Source: a virus | Reading direction: 5' to 3' (one strand) | IMG/VR virus record: IMGVR_UViG_3300031841_004047 | Length of the DNA: 64,000 nt | In this document: positions 48,267-57,503 of the stretch, in pieces | Numbering within the stretch: the first letter of the stretch is position 1 | Layout of the letters: every line of letters begins with the position of its first letter | Translations under genes and position numbers: made by a program | Notes under the pieces: model-generated | What the model was told of the DNA's origin: nothing | Databases searched by the model: none | The model's input: only the letters and a program-made list of their open reading frames with translations

Positions 48267-48462
48267 ATATGATATTCTAGAAGAACTAGAATGGGGACAA
48301 GGAATGAAGATGCGATTGTGTCAAGCTCATGGAAGTAGAAATAAAGTCGTTCAGATCTGGTCTTCACTATCAAAGAACTGGAAGAATATGTATAGATATG
48401 ATGTCAATAATAATTGGAATTGGTGGAAGAACTATGCCGAGTTATACTCTAAAAGACATTAA
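48253..48462 (+). CDS. Small Trp-rich hypothetical protein (MWQLEYDILEE...)
   Basis: Start reassigned to 48253 after GGAG. Confidence 0.55.
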   Translation: MWQLEYDILEELEWGQGMKMRLCQAHGSRNKVVQIWSSLSKNWKNMYRYDVNNNWNWWKNYAELYSKRH

Positions 48463-48667
48463 GAACAATCATACTTGGGACGTTGTTTGCAGCTGGGATG
48501 AACTTCAAACAGTTCTTGATGAAATGCCTGATGTTGTTCAAGTTCTATCGGCTCCTAAAATAGTTAGTAGTGTAGGTAACTTACACTCTAAAGTTCCAAG
48601 TGGATTCAAAGAAGTTTTAAATAAAGTTAAAGCTGGTTCAGGAAGAGAAAATACTATTAAAACATGA
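48434..48667 (+). CDS. Conserved T4-like small protein (MPSYTLKD...GFKEVLNKVK)
   Basis: Start reassigned to 48434; ATGA overlap with phoH. Confidence 0.7.
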   Translation: MPSYTLKDIKNNHTWDVVCSWDELQTVLDEMPDVVQVLSAPKIVSSVGNLHSKVPSGFKEVLNKVKAGSGRENTIKT

Positions 48668-49353
48668 AAAAGAATAATGCGTTAATTGTTTCAAATGATG
48701 AATTAGAAAACATCGAACCTTCTACAGAAAATCAAAGTAAAGCTTTTAAAGCTTGGAAGGATGGTTATAACTTAGTTTTAAGTGGTTCCGCGGGTACTGG
48801 AAAAACATACATTGCTCTTTATCTGGCATTTAAAGAGCTTTTAGATAATCCTGATATATACAGACAGGTGATGATTCTTAGGTCTATGGTTGCAACCAGA
48901 GATAACGGACACTTACCTGGGACTAAATCTGAAAAGGAAGCTCCGTATCAATTACCATATAAAAATATTTGTCATGAGCTTTTTGGATATACGGGAGCTT
49001 ATGGTAAGCTTTCTTCTTCGAACAAACTGGTCTTTGAGACTACTTCTTATATTAGAGGTGCAACTTTTGATCAGACAATTATAATCGTAGATGAAATGCA
49101 AAACTTAAACTTTCATGAGTTAGACTCAGTAATAACTAGGTTTGGGAATGACTGTAGAATTATTTTCGCTGGTGACTATTATCAAACGGATTTTAAGTAT
49201 ACAGATGATAAAGAAGGGATCATAAAGTTTATAAGTATAGTTGAGCAAATGAGATTTTTTAGAGTTATCAACTTTGGTTGGGAAGACATTATTAGATCAG
49301 ACCTTGTAAGAGATTATATCATGACGAAAGAGATGCTAAACATAGGAGCATAA
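48664..49353 (+). CDS. phoH: PhoH-family ATPase
   Basis: GSAGTGKT, RSMVATRDNGHLPG, YIRGATF, IVDEMQN, GDYYQTD. Confidence 0.92.
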   Translation: MKKNNALIVSNDELENIEPSTENQSKAFKAWKDGYNLVLSGSAGTGKTYIALYLAFKELLDNPDIYRQVMILRSMVATRDNGHLPGTKSEKEAPYQLPYKNICHELFGYTGAYGKLSSSNKLVFETTSYIRGATFDQTIIIVDEMQNLNFHELDSVITRFGNDCRIIFAGDYYQTDFKYTDDKEGIIKFISIVEQMRFFRVINFGWEDIIRSDLVRDYIMTKEMLNIGA

Positions 49354-49354
49354 A

Positions 49355-49495
49355 ATGGAAAACGATAATGTAATTGAATTTCGTCAATTGTCTGAAGTTG
49401 ATAAGCAATTTTTAAAAATTGAAAAACAAAGAGAAGAAATTGAAAAACAAAGGGAAGAAATAAATGCTAAATTGGATAAAACAAAGAATTGGTGA
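49355..49495 (+). CDS. Small hypothetical protein (46 aa) with a 21-bp tandem duplication (IEKQREE x2)
   Basis: Manual translation; AGGAG RBS. Confidence 0.5.
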   Translation: MENDNVIEFRQLSEVDKQFLKIEKQREEIEKQREEINAKLDKTKNW

Positions 49496-49625
49496 AAGAA
49501 GTACATTGTCGGGACTAGCACTTGTAGTATTAGGTGTTCTTGTATTATTCTTAGCACCTTTAGCAAAGATCGCGGCTGGACTCGCTATACTATATGGTCT
49601 ATGGGAAATATGGAATGGAGAATAA
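49464..49625 (+). CDS. Two-TM small protein, holin candidate (53 aa)
   Basis: MLNWIKQRIGERSTLSGLALVVLGVLVLFLAPLAKIAAGLAILYGLWEIWNGE; near the endolysin. Confidence 0.55.
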   Translation: MLNWIKQRIGERSTLSGLALVVLGVLVLFLAPLAKIAAGLAILYGLWEIWNGE

Positions 49626-49884
49626 ACCCATCCTAATAACAATTTACGGAAAACCTAACTGCGACTGGTGCGATAGAGCTAAAAAATTATGTGAAGACTA
49701 TAGATTTGATTATGAGTACAAAGACGTTTCATACGTTGAACATAAAGAAGAACTTAAACTTTTAGTACCGGATGTAAAGACCGTTCCTCAGATATTTAAA
49801 GGAAAAAAATATATCGGAGGATTTTCAGAATTTGCGTCAGAAATGGAAAACACAATAGGAGGCTATGGAGAAAATGCCATTTAA
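49615..49884 (+). CDS. grx: Glutaredoxin
   Basis: IYGKPNCDWC, TVPQIF, YIGGF. Confidence 0.88.
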   Translation: MENKPILITIYGKPNCDWCDRAKKLCEDYRFDYEYKDVSYVEHKEELKLLVPDVKTVPQIFKGKKYIGGFSEFASEMENTIGGYGENAI

Positions 49885-50758
49885 TTTTGATTTCACTAGA
49901 GATCATCTAGCTAAAATTATCCCAGGCAATAACGATGTGGATGCTTGGTATGAAGCTTTATGTGATATTCTACCAAAATACGGTGTCACAACAGAGCGTA
50001 GAGTTGCTCACTTTTTGAGTCAATGCGCTCATGAAAGCGGTAACTTTAAAAAACTTGAAGAAAACTTAAACTATTCAGCTAAAGCTTTGAGAGCAGTCTT
50101 TGGTCGTTACTTTGGTGATGCGCCGAAAAGAGACGCGGATGAGTATCATCGTCAGCCTGAAATGATCGCTAACTATGTTTACATGGACGAGTTTCGTAAA
50201 TATAAAATGGGTAACGTAAACGAAGGTGATGGTTGGCTATTCAGAGGCCGTGGACTAAAGCAGCTAACTGGTCGTGATAACTATACTCGTTTTGGTGATT
50301 CTATCGGTATTAGCGCTGAGGAAGCTGCAGAATACGTTGCTACACCAAAGGGAGCGGTTGAGTCGGCGTGTTGGTTCTGGGATGCAAATAACCTAAATGA
50401 TATCGCGGATACTGATGACGTGGTTAAGATGACCAAGAAAATTAATGGCGGTAATATCGGTCTTGAAGATAGACAAAAAAGATACATTAATGCTATGGAA
50501 GTACTTGGTATGTCAGCGGATATGGTGGCCGATAACGATGACGATGACATCGAAGACATCATTGATGATATCGGTGTGCTACGGAAAGGCTCTCGTGGAG
50601 AGGGAGTAAAGATTATGCAAGAAGCGCTCGGTATCGGTGCTGATGGTGTATTTGGCCCAGGCACAGAAAGAGCGCTTAAAGAGTGGCAAGCTGCTAACGG
50701 TCTAACCGCGGATGGTGTTGCTGGTCCCGCAACTTTTGGAAAACTACTAGAGGATTAA
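49865..50758 (+). CDS. Endolysin: glycoside hydrolase family 19 + C-terminal PG-binding domain
   Basis: AHFLSQCAHES, ENLNYS, FRGRGLKQLTGRDNY, INGGNIG; LRKGSRGEGVK..Q..L..DGVFGPGT repeats; start may be 49874. Confidence 0.9.
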   Translation: MEKMPFNFDFTRDHLAKIIPGNNDVDAWYEALCDILPKYGVTTERRVAHFLSQCAHESGNFKKLEENLNYSAKALRAVFGRYFGDAPKRDADEYHRQPEMIANYVYMDEFRKYKMGNVNEGDGWLFRGRGLKQLTGRDNYTRFGDSIGISAEEAAEYVATPKGAVESACWFWDANNLNDIADTDDVVKMTKKINGGNIGLEDRQKRYINAMEVLGMSADMVADNDDDDIEDIIDDIGVLRKGSRGEGVKIMQEALGIGADGVFGPGTERALKEWQAANGLTADGVAGPATFGKLLED

Positions 50759-50759
50759 A

Positions 50760-50924
50760 ATGGCTAAGTTCAGTCGATACGATTCACGTAACAAAAAGAA
50801 AAATAGAAATAAAAATCTTTCTCTACAAAAAGACAAAAGAATAAAATCCGTAGAGAACCAAGAAAAATGGAACGTAGTTGTAAAAAAATATGAACTAGAA
50901 TCTGTAGCACGCAAAGGCCAGTAA
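50760..50924 (+). CDS. Small basic hypothetical protein (54 aa, MAKFSRYDSRNKKK...)
   Basis: Manual translation; GAGGA RBS; TAATG coupling. Confidence 0.65.
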   Translation: MAKFSRYDSRNKKKNRNKNLSLQKDKRIKSVENQEKWNVVVKKYELESVARKGQ

Positions 50925-51367
50925 TGATAAGACTTATAGGAATGGACGAGCTGGATATTCTCGCAAAGGATCCGGTTCGTCCACACGTTAATAAACTTGA
51001 TGTTGGTAAGCAAGTTTATGTACTAGATGATTTATCCGCAGTAATATGCACGTGTTACTGCAACGATATACCAACAAGTGAAAAAGAACTTGAAAAATTT
51101 AAAGATGTGGAAGGCGACATCATAGTCGCCTACACTGTTTGGAGCAGCGCAAAAGGCGCTGGTAGAACAATAGTCTTGGCTCTAAGGGATTTGGTTTTGA
51201 ATAATCCAAATATTAGAAGACTAGTGACAATGAGTCCTAAGACCGAGATGGCTAAGAAGTTTCATTTGAGTAACGGAGCGTTCTGGCTTCGTGAAAATGT
51301 AGAAACAGACAACTATGAGTATAACTTATACCGTGACAAAAATGTAACACTTTCACATTATAATTAA
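50924..51367 (+). CDS. Putative GNAT-fold protein
   Basis: AYTVWS..KGAGR and SPKTEMAKKFH..NG resemble acetyl-CoA-binding motifs A/B. Confidence 0.5.
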   Translation: MIRLIGMDELDILAKDPVRPHVNKLDVGKQVYVLDDLSAVICTCYCNDIPTSEKELEKFKDVEGDIIVAYTVWSSAKGAGRTIVLALRDLVLNNPNIRRLVTMSPKTEMAKKFHLSNGAFWLRENVETDNYEYNLYRDKNVTLSHYN

Positions 51368-51369
51368 AA

Positions 51370-51444
51370 AAATGCATTTTAGGGGTTTACTTTTCATAAG
51401 AATTAGTTTATTCTAGTATCATGATAAGGAAAGGAAACCAAATG
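51370..51444 (+). promoter_or_regulatory. Early promoter cassette (AAATGCATTT; TTTACT-17-TATTCT; leader and RBS)
   Basis: Near-copy of the cassette at 23185-23244. Confidence 0.8.
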
Positions 51445-51648
51445 CTTTTACCAAACGGATCAGTGATCAAACAAGACGTAATCGATAGCTTCAACAGAGC
51501 GATTGAAGATGATTTCAATCTTCGTCCTGGTTTTGCTACAACCGACTTTTGGAACTTCGTTGAGTCTGATATGTACATGGATCTTTCTGGTATCTATGCT
51601 TCATCTTACATAGATGAGTGTTTTGAAGCTTTGGCAGATAATGTATAA
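51442..51648 (+). CDS. Early hypothetical protein (MLLPNG...)
   Basis: Start reassigned to 51442. Confidence 0.7.
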   Translation: MLLPNGSVIKQDVIDSFNRAIEDDFNLRPGFATTDFWNFVESDMYMDLSGIYASSYIDECFEALADNV

Positions 51649-51658
51649 GGAGGAAGAA

Positions 51659-51913
51659 ATGTTTAGAATGTCAGATTTCCATAAAATTGAAATGACTCTA
51701 GAAGAAGCAAAGAATACTCTTTGCCGGTTGACTCCTATACAAGGTTTGTTGGAGGGAATGACATATATGAATGAGCAGTGGGACAATTATCTAGAAACAT
51801 ATGATACCCCATCCGCTGAATTTATGGATGATTATGAGTTTTATGACTGCTGGCAGTATGAGTGCAGTGCATATAACAAAGTTTTCGAATATATGTCACC
51901 GTTGTTTAAATGA
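51659..51913 (+). CDS. Acidic hypothetical protein
   Basis: AAGGAGG RBS before the ATG at 51659. Confidence 0.65.
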   Translation: MFRMSDFHKIEMTLEEAKNTLCRLTPIQGLLEGMTYMNEQWDNYLETYDTPSAEFMDDYEFYDCWQYECSAYNKVFEYMSPLFK

Positions 51914-51923
51914 AAGGAAAAAA

Positions 51924-52511
51924 ATGCTTAATAATATGAATAAAGTGATACTGACTGACTGCGACGGTGTACTTATGAATTGGGAGTATGCCTTCAATGT
52001 CTGGATGCATACTCAAGGTTATAAGATGGTTGAGGGTGGTGGCGCTCATTACGATATGGGTGATCGCTATGGCCTTGATCATAAAGATAAGAAAAAAATT
52101 GTAAGACAGTTTAACGAGTCTGCTGCGATTGGTTTTCTTCCACCTTTACGTGATGCGATGTATTACGTTGATCTACTTCATCGTAAACATGGTTATGTGT
52201 TTCATATGATCACGTCATTGTCAAAAGACGAATCCGCTCAAAAGCTTCGTATATTAAATACTAAAAAATTGTTTGGTGAAACTGCTTTCGAAAAATTTAT
52301 CTTTGCTGACACTGGTGAAGATAAAGATGAGTATCTAGAACCATATCGTGGTAGTGGATACATATGGATTGAAGATAAAGTTGAGAATGCTCTACTTGGC
52401 GATACACTGGGTCTTGAAAGTCTTATTGTGGAACATGAGCATAATATGTGGAAAACTATTCTACCGTTCTTTAAAAACTGGAAGGAAATCTATGAGTACA
52501 TCACTGGCTGA
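51924..52511 (+). CDS. HAD-superfamily 5'(3')-deoxyribonucleotidase-like protein
   Basis: ILTDCDGVL (DxD motif I), ITSL, K, WIED; start reassigned to 51924. Confidence 0.8.
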   Translation: MLNNMNKVILTDCDGVLMNWEYAFNVWMHTQGYKMVEGGGAHYDMGDRYGLDHKDKKKIVRQFNESAAIGFLPPLRDAMYYVDLLHRKHGYVFHMITSLSKDESAQKLRILNTKKLFGETAFEKFIFADTGEDKDEYLEPYRGSGYIWIEDKVENALLGDTLGLESLIVEHEHNMWKTILPFFKNWKEIYEYITG

Positions 52512-52704
52512 ATTACTCGTATTAAGGTCTGAATACGAAGACTTAGTTCGAAACTTTGATATTTCTGAAGATAAGCGCGCAGGAGTTATAAATAGCCTAG
52601 AATGGTTTAAACGCTACGGTAATCGTAAAAATAGATTTAGACCCGGCTATGATCGCGCAGTAGAAATTTGTAGCATCATACTTGGGGAGTATAAAAAGGA
52701 ATAA
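52492..52704 (+). CDS. Hypothetical protein (MSTSLAELLVLRSEY...)
   Basis: Start reassigned after GAAGGA. Confidence 0.65.
   Translation: MSTSLAELLVLRSEYEDLVRNFDISEDKRAGVINSLEWFKRYGNRKNRFRPGYDRAVEICSIILGEYKKE
52587..52594 (+). promoter_or_regulatory. Late promoter TATAAATA embedded in the upstream ORF
   Basis: Only consensus site seen before the structural block at 52839. Confidence 0.5.
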
Positions 52705-52838
52705 TAGATGCTATTAAGAAGAATTATTTTTCAGCAACTTCTTAATTCTACAAATCATATCTCTACGATTATGCTGTCGCATATTACGAGTAACTTTAAT
52801 AAGTTATTCTCATTATGTAATCGTGGAGAGTTCTTTAA

Positions 52839-55800
52839 ATGACTATTATTTACAACTACTTGTCAAATCTTCCAGTAGATGCTGAAGAATTTGACGAAGC
52901 TTATGTTGAAGAGACGGGTGATAGAAGAGCATGGCTTCGTACTCCTGGTACTACTAATTATTCTTGGGCCTTTCCTCCTGGTTCTTTTATATATCAAGAT
53001 GAAGACTTTTTAGATTCTTTGAATAATCAGAATAAGGGTTTTCAGCTTAGTTTCTGGTATGAAACTACTGATAGAGATGACTTTATGACAAATGGGTCTC
53101 CTCTATTTTCATTTGATAGAATAGGAAACACTGAAGAAGCTTCTCCTTTCTCAAAAATTTTAGATCGTTCATCTAATAACTCTACATTGATTTTAAATGA
53201 TCAAAATACAGTTGAGGTTATTGCCAATACTCCCTTTAAACGTAATGAATGGGATGTAGCTATTGTTTCAAATACTACATCTGAAAATGAACCTTTTGCA
53301 AATAAGTGGTTGCCTGATAATGGACTTCAATACGACAGCGATCCTTTAACTGGACAATCGGGTAGAATAGTTGGCCCTGGTTCATTATGGTTTAGAGGAA
53401 ATAATAATCCAACATTAATTAGATCGGATTCTTCGTTAATTAACTTTACTGATCCATTTGCACCATTTACCATATCAACCTATCATGATGCACAAGTAGG
53501 AACAGAAACTCATCACAACACTAGTTCGGGTATAGCATCCCGTCTAATTAGACCTAGTGATGTGTATAAATTTACAACTCTTGTTAACTTTGAAGGATCA
53601 GATCCTCAAAGCGGTACCTTTAAGATCGATGCAGACGGTATAACACATCATGGTGTTAATTTCAAGATAGTTGATAGTACAAACATAGATAGATTTCAAG
53701 ATGAACTTGCTCCATCCTCAACTGCTGGTTTCAAGCATAAGCACCATCTTTTTGCTTATGATGGATATGATTATTACTACTATAACAGAAACTCTTTACT
53801 ATATTCTGATGTTAATTATTCCATTCCAAACTCCGTTCAGCCATTAAAAACTATTATAGATCCGAATCATCATATAGAACTTGGAGACTTAAGTGGAAAC
53901 GAGTTCTTTAGGGATAGAGATGCTGGTTTTCAGATTAAAGTTCCGTTTCCATACTCATCTGTAGGAGGAATAAATCAAAACGGTGTTTTATTCACCGTTG
54001 GTGATTATCCAAATAGAACTAGAATTGAGCTAACAAATGATAGTAACGGAACTGCCGGTAGAGTTTTACAGTTTGAATGTGGAAACTTAGTTGGAACTAC
54101 TACTGACATTCCTTTAGCTTTTAATTCTCCTGGTTTTAGAGATGGTCCGGAACACATAGTTTCATGGGACTACGACATATCAGAAGGTAAAATAAGACTG
54201 TGGATAGACGGAAGTCTTAAGATACTTAAAGTTGGTGGTACGTGGGCTGGAGATGCTTGGGCTAAAGAAGGAGCCAGTAATCCAATAACAGCCGTAAATG
54301 AAATTTCACCTATAACTAATAGTTCAATACGACAGATTGATACAACTTATGGACCTGCCTTCAGGTATGGTTACGGTGGAACCACTCTTACTTCCCCAAT
54401 AGCTACAGCTAATGCTGAAGGTAATGTGGATTTTAAATATAGGAGAAACAATTTTGGTGGTTATACTTCTTTTTCTATAGGAGCCTCAGGTACTAGTGGT
54501 CCTATACTTCCAATTAATCAAAATAAAATATACTATTTTGAAGTTGCAACCTCGGCGAATATTGGAAGAACTATAAAGTATCAAGCAACACTTCAAGATG
54601 CCGGATGGGATGGTAATTCTAATAATGGATTTCTTACTAATGCCGATAGAGGTGTTAATAATAATTATGATCCTAGATTAACAAATGTTCATCAGCATCC
54701 TTATGGTGATTTAGCGCTATGGTTTTTGGACGGAGCAACAAAACATACAGTCACGACTCAAAAATACGCTAATAGAATTCACCAAGGAAGTACTGTAATT
54801 TTGCCTAACTATATAAGACATAGTTGGATAATTGATACAGCATCTTCAACACCAAGAGGTCTTTATTTTGAAAATGGTGTATATAGACAGAAATATGATT
54901 TAGATTTACCAAATTATGCTCTTCAGGGTGGTGGTGTAATACTAGCATTCAATGGATGGGATCTCGGTGGAACTGAGAACGACAACAATAGCATAAATAT
55001 AATATTCAATAGAGATAATTGGTCGTATGATCCGATTTCCCTTTTTAATTCTTATGCAGATGTTACTTCAGGAATAAGTCCTATAGCAAAAAGTAATGGT
55101 GTCTATTCTGGTCAGAATTTTATCGATTGGCCGGTAAGTGATGCTAATACAAGAAATAGTTTAGGAAATAAGTTAAGATATTATCATTGTACATTTTCTT
55201 CATTCGAAAATCAAAAAGTAGTTATTGGAGGAGAAAGAAGCTACTCAAATCCTGATAAAGAGCATGGTTTAACATACGCTCAAGCTCATGTAGCTAGGAC
55301 GGGAGGGCAGATTCGTACTATCTCAAATACTGCTGAGCTAGATGCAGCTTTATATAGCTACAATGTTAATAGTACTGGCAAAACTGTTTCTAAAGGGTCT
55401 GCACAAGATGGAGACGCTCTCCTTCTAGAACCGGGATACTACGAAATATTAGGTATTGAAGTTTCACCCGAAGGAGTAAATATTGGAAGTGATGTGAGAA
55501 GTACTTCAATATTTTCAATATATGAAAATCTTTTAATATGTGGGAATACAGATACACCTGCATCTGTTCGTGTTTTATATGTAAACGAGTATACTCATCT
55601 TGCCAACTATGCTGGAAGACCCGATTTTTCAGGATCAGTTACAGGAAAACACATATTTGAAGGAAGGAGCGGATTTACTAATACTTTAGCATTCTTAGAT
55701 TTAAGTCAAGAAGTTCAATCAAGATATACAGGTATTGGTCGTGATCCTGCTTTATTCTACAACGGTGGTGGAGGAAAAATATATAAATGCAGAATTGATT

Positions 55801-57503
55801 ATTCTACATATGATGCATCTGGACCATCAACTCCAAATTCTTTCATAACATATGACAATGCTGAATATGATAATGTTATTACAAAAAGAATTATAGAAAA
55901 CTGTCAACTAGTACTTTCAACTGATCGATTTTGGAACTATTATTATCCTCATAATCAAGTAGCGACGCGCAAAAATCATCATAAACTTTTAATTGCCAAT
56001 ACTTCTTCAAATGTAATAATATCAAATTCTACAGTTGTGTATTCTGATCCAAACTTAGCCATCAATGATCCGTATAGATGGAGGAGTTATGGACATAATA
56101 GATTCTTACTTTCCAGCAGCGGTGGGAAATATTTGTATGGAACTTTAAGAAACTTTCATATATTCAGTGAGAGAATAAATCCCTGGTTAAACGATAATGA
56201 TTCGGTTCAACCGGGTCTTGATCTTCTTAGAACAAGCTATTTAAAAAACACAGGAATACTTAACAATCCGACTCCTAGCACCGAGCTTCTCATTCAGACA
56301 GAAGGAAGCTATAAGACAAGATTGAGACTAGATGATAACGGAATTGTTACGATGTATGATGGTATATTTGAAGATAATGTAACAAACTACCCTTCTACTA
56401 GAAAGTCTACTGGCGGATGGATCTATACTACTGTTCAGTATCATCCTCCGTCAAATAGTTTAAAGATAGCTATGAGAAATCAAGATGGAACCGATGACTC
56501 AATCACCTTTCCGTTTTTTAATTCAAATCCTAATCAAGACTCAAACTTTCTTTCAAATACTATACTAAGAATAGGTGCATCACAAGTATGGGACTCGACC
56601 CAAGGAATATTTGAAAATAAAACTTTACCCGTCACATTTGTAAATGGTTACAAGCAGTATCATGAGTTATTGTTTCAGACTGAGACGAGTGCTGATAGTC
56701 CTCTTGGAAACTTATTTCATTTCCCAACGAATATTCCGGCAATAAACCCTCAATATTTTGATAGTGCTAATTATGATTTCTTTTTAGCAAGAACTGAGGG
56801 TACGACAACACTGCCCAATGACATACTAAATGGTATGAGTTTTCAAGGATCAATAGACCCAAGAATAGATGCTCCTTACCCAGCCGGTGTTATAAGATGG
56901 CATGTGAATGCGATATATAAGAAAGATTCTAATGATGGATTCACTTATTTCAAAGATTCTAATTATACTCGTGGCGGCATAACAAATACTTTAACTACCG
57001 CGGTGTTCAGCGATTCTTACTACTCAGATCCCACAGTAGGACCTCCTTTAGATGTAGTGTTAAATTTTAAAAGAGAAGATGACCTGGGTAATCCTATAGT
57101 ATGGAACATCGATGAAATAAATAAAGTTGCTGATAGATTAAGAATCGGTCAGGACAGCACCAGCACTAAGTTTTTAATCAGGCAAGTAAACAAAAGCTCT
57201 CAGTTTGGTGACAATCATTCTGCTACTATTAATTTTTCATGTAAGATGGCTGACTTATCGGATAGCTCAGATCCATTGTTTTTTAAAGATGAAATTAGAA
57301 CAATACTACGACCTATTGAAAGACATACTGTATATTATAATAGATTCGTAACAGAAGTAGTAGGTCAAGATAACTTCCCTTGGTTCAATCAATTGATTGA
57401 GATGGAAAGAGCAGATAGTACAGTCATAGATTCAGACTTTACGTTCCACGATGACTCATATCCATCTATAGGACTATATTCAACGATAGGATCACTACCA
57501 TGA
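52839..57503 (+). CDS. Large multidomain virion protein (LamG-like, SPRY-like and beta-helix-like segments)
   Basis: 1554 aa, N/S/T/G-rich; FQLSFWY, YYFEV, GDALLLEPGYY motifs. Confidence 0.7.
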   Translation: MTIIYNYLSNLPVDAEEFDEAYVEETGDRRAWLRTPGTTNYSWAFPPGSFIYQDEDFLDSLNNQNKGFQLSFWYETTDRDDFMTNGSPLFSFDRIGNTEEASPFSKILDRSSNNSTLILNDQNTVEVIANTPFKRNEWDVAIVSNTTSENEPFANKWLPDNGLQYDSDPLTGQSGRIVGPGSLWFRGNNNPTLIRSDSSLINFTDPFAPFTISTYHDAQVGTETHHNTSSGIASRLIRPSDVYKFTTLVNFEGSDPQSGTFKIDADGITHHGVNFKIVDSTNIDRFQDELAPSSTAGFKHKHHLFAYDGYDYYYYNRNSLLYSDVNYSIPNSVQPLKTIIDPNHHIELGDLSGNEFFRDRDAGFQIKVPFPYSSVGGINQNGVLFTVGDYPNRTRIELTNDSNGTAGRVLQFECGNLVGTTTDIPLAFNSPGFRDGPEHIVSWDYDISEGKIRLWIDGSLKILKVGGTWAGDAWAKEGASNPITAVNEISPITNSSIRQIDTTYGPAFRYGYGGTTLTSPIATANAEGNVDFKYRRNNFGGYTSFSIGASGTSGPILPINQNKIYYFEVATSANIGRTIKYQATLQDAGWDGNSNNGFLTNADRGVNNNYDPRLTNVHQHPYGDLALWFLDGATKHTVTTQKYANRIHQGSTVILPNYIRHSWIIDTASSTPRGLYFENGVYRQKYDLDLPNYALQGGGVILAFNGWDLGGTENDNNSINIIFNRDNWSYDPISLFNSYADVTSGISPIAKSNGVYSGQNFIDWPVSDANTRNSLGNKLRYYHCTFSSFENQKVVIGGERSYSNPDKEHGLTYAQAHVARTGGQIRTISNTAELDAALYSYNVNSTGKTVSKGSAQDGDALLLEPGYYEILGIEVSPEGVNIGSDVRSTSIFSIYENLLICGNTDTPASVRVLYVNEYTHLANYAGRPDFSGSVTGKHIFEGRSGFTNTLAFLDLSQEVQSRYTGIGRDPALFYNGGGGKIYKCRIDYSTYDASGPSTPNSFITYDNAEYDNVITKRIIENCQLVLSTDRFWNYYYPHNQVATRKNHHKLLIANTSSNVIISNSTVVYSDPNLAINDPYRWRSYGHNRFLLSSSGGKYLYGTLRNFHIFSERINPWLNDNDSVQPGLDLLRTSYLKNTGILNNPTPSTELLIQTEGSYKTRLRLDDNGIVTMYDGIFEDNVTNYPSTRKSTGGWIYTTVQYHPPSNSLKIAMRNQDGTDDSITFPFFNSNPNQDSNFLSNTILRIGASQVWDSTQGIFENKTLPVTFVNGYKQYHELLFQTETSADSPLGNLFHFPTNIPAINPQYFDSANYDFFLARTEGTTTLPNDILNGMSFQGSIDPRIDAPYPAGVIRWHVNAIYKKDSNDGFTYFKDSNYTRGGITNTLTTAVFSDSYYSDPTVGPPLDVVLNFKREDDLGNPIVWNIDEINKVADRLRIGQDSTSTKFLIRQVNKSSQFGDNHSATINFSCKMADLSDSSDPLFFKDEIRTILRPIERHTVYYNRFVTEVVGQDNFPWFNQLIEMERADSTVIDSDFTFHDDSYPSIGLYSTIGSLP

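Noticed and set aside
52708-52842. 44-aa ORF (MLLRRIIFQQ...) before the 1554-aa gene
   Set aside because: No clear RBS or recognisable motif; could be a leader region. Not listed as a feature.
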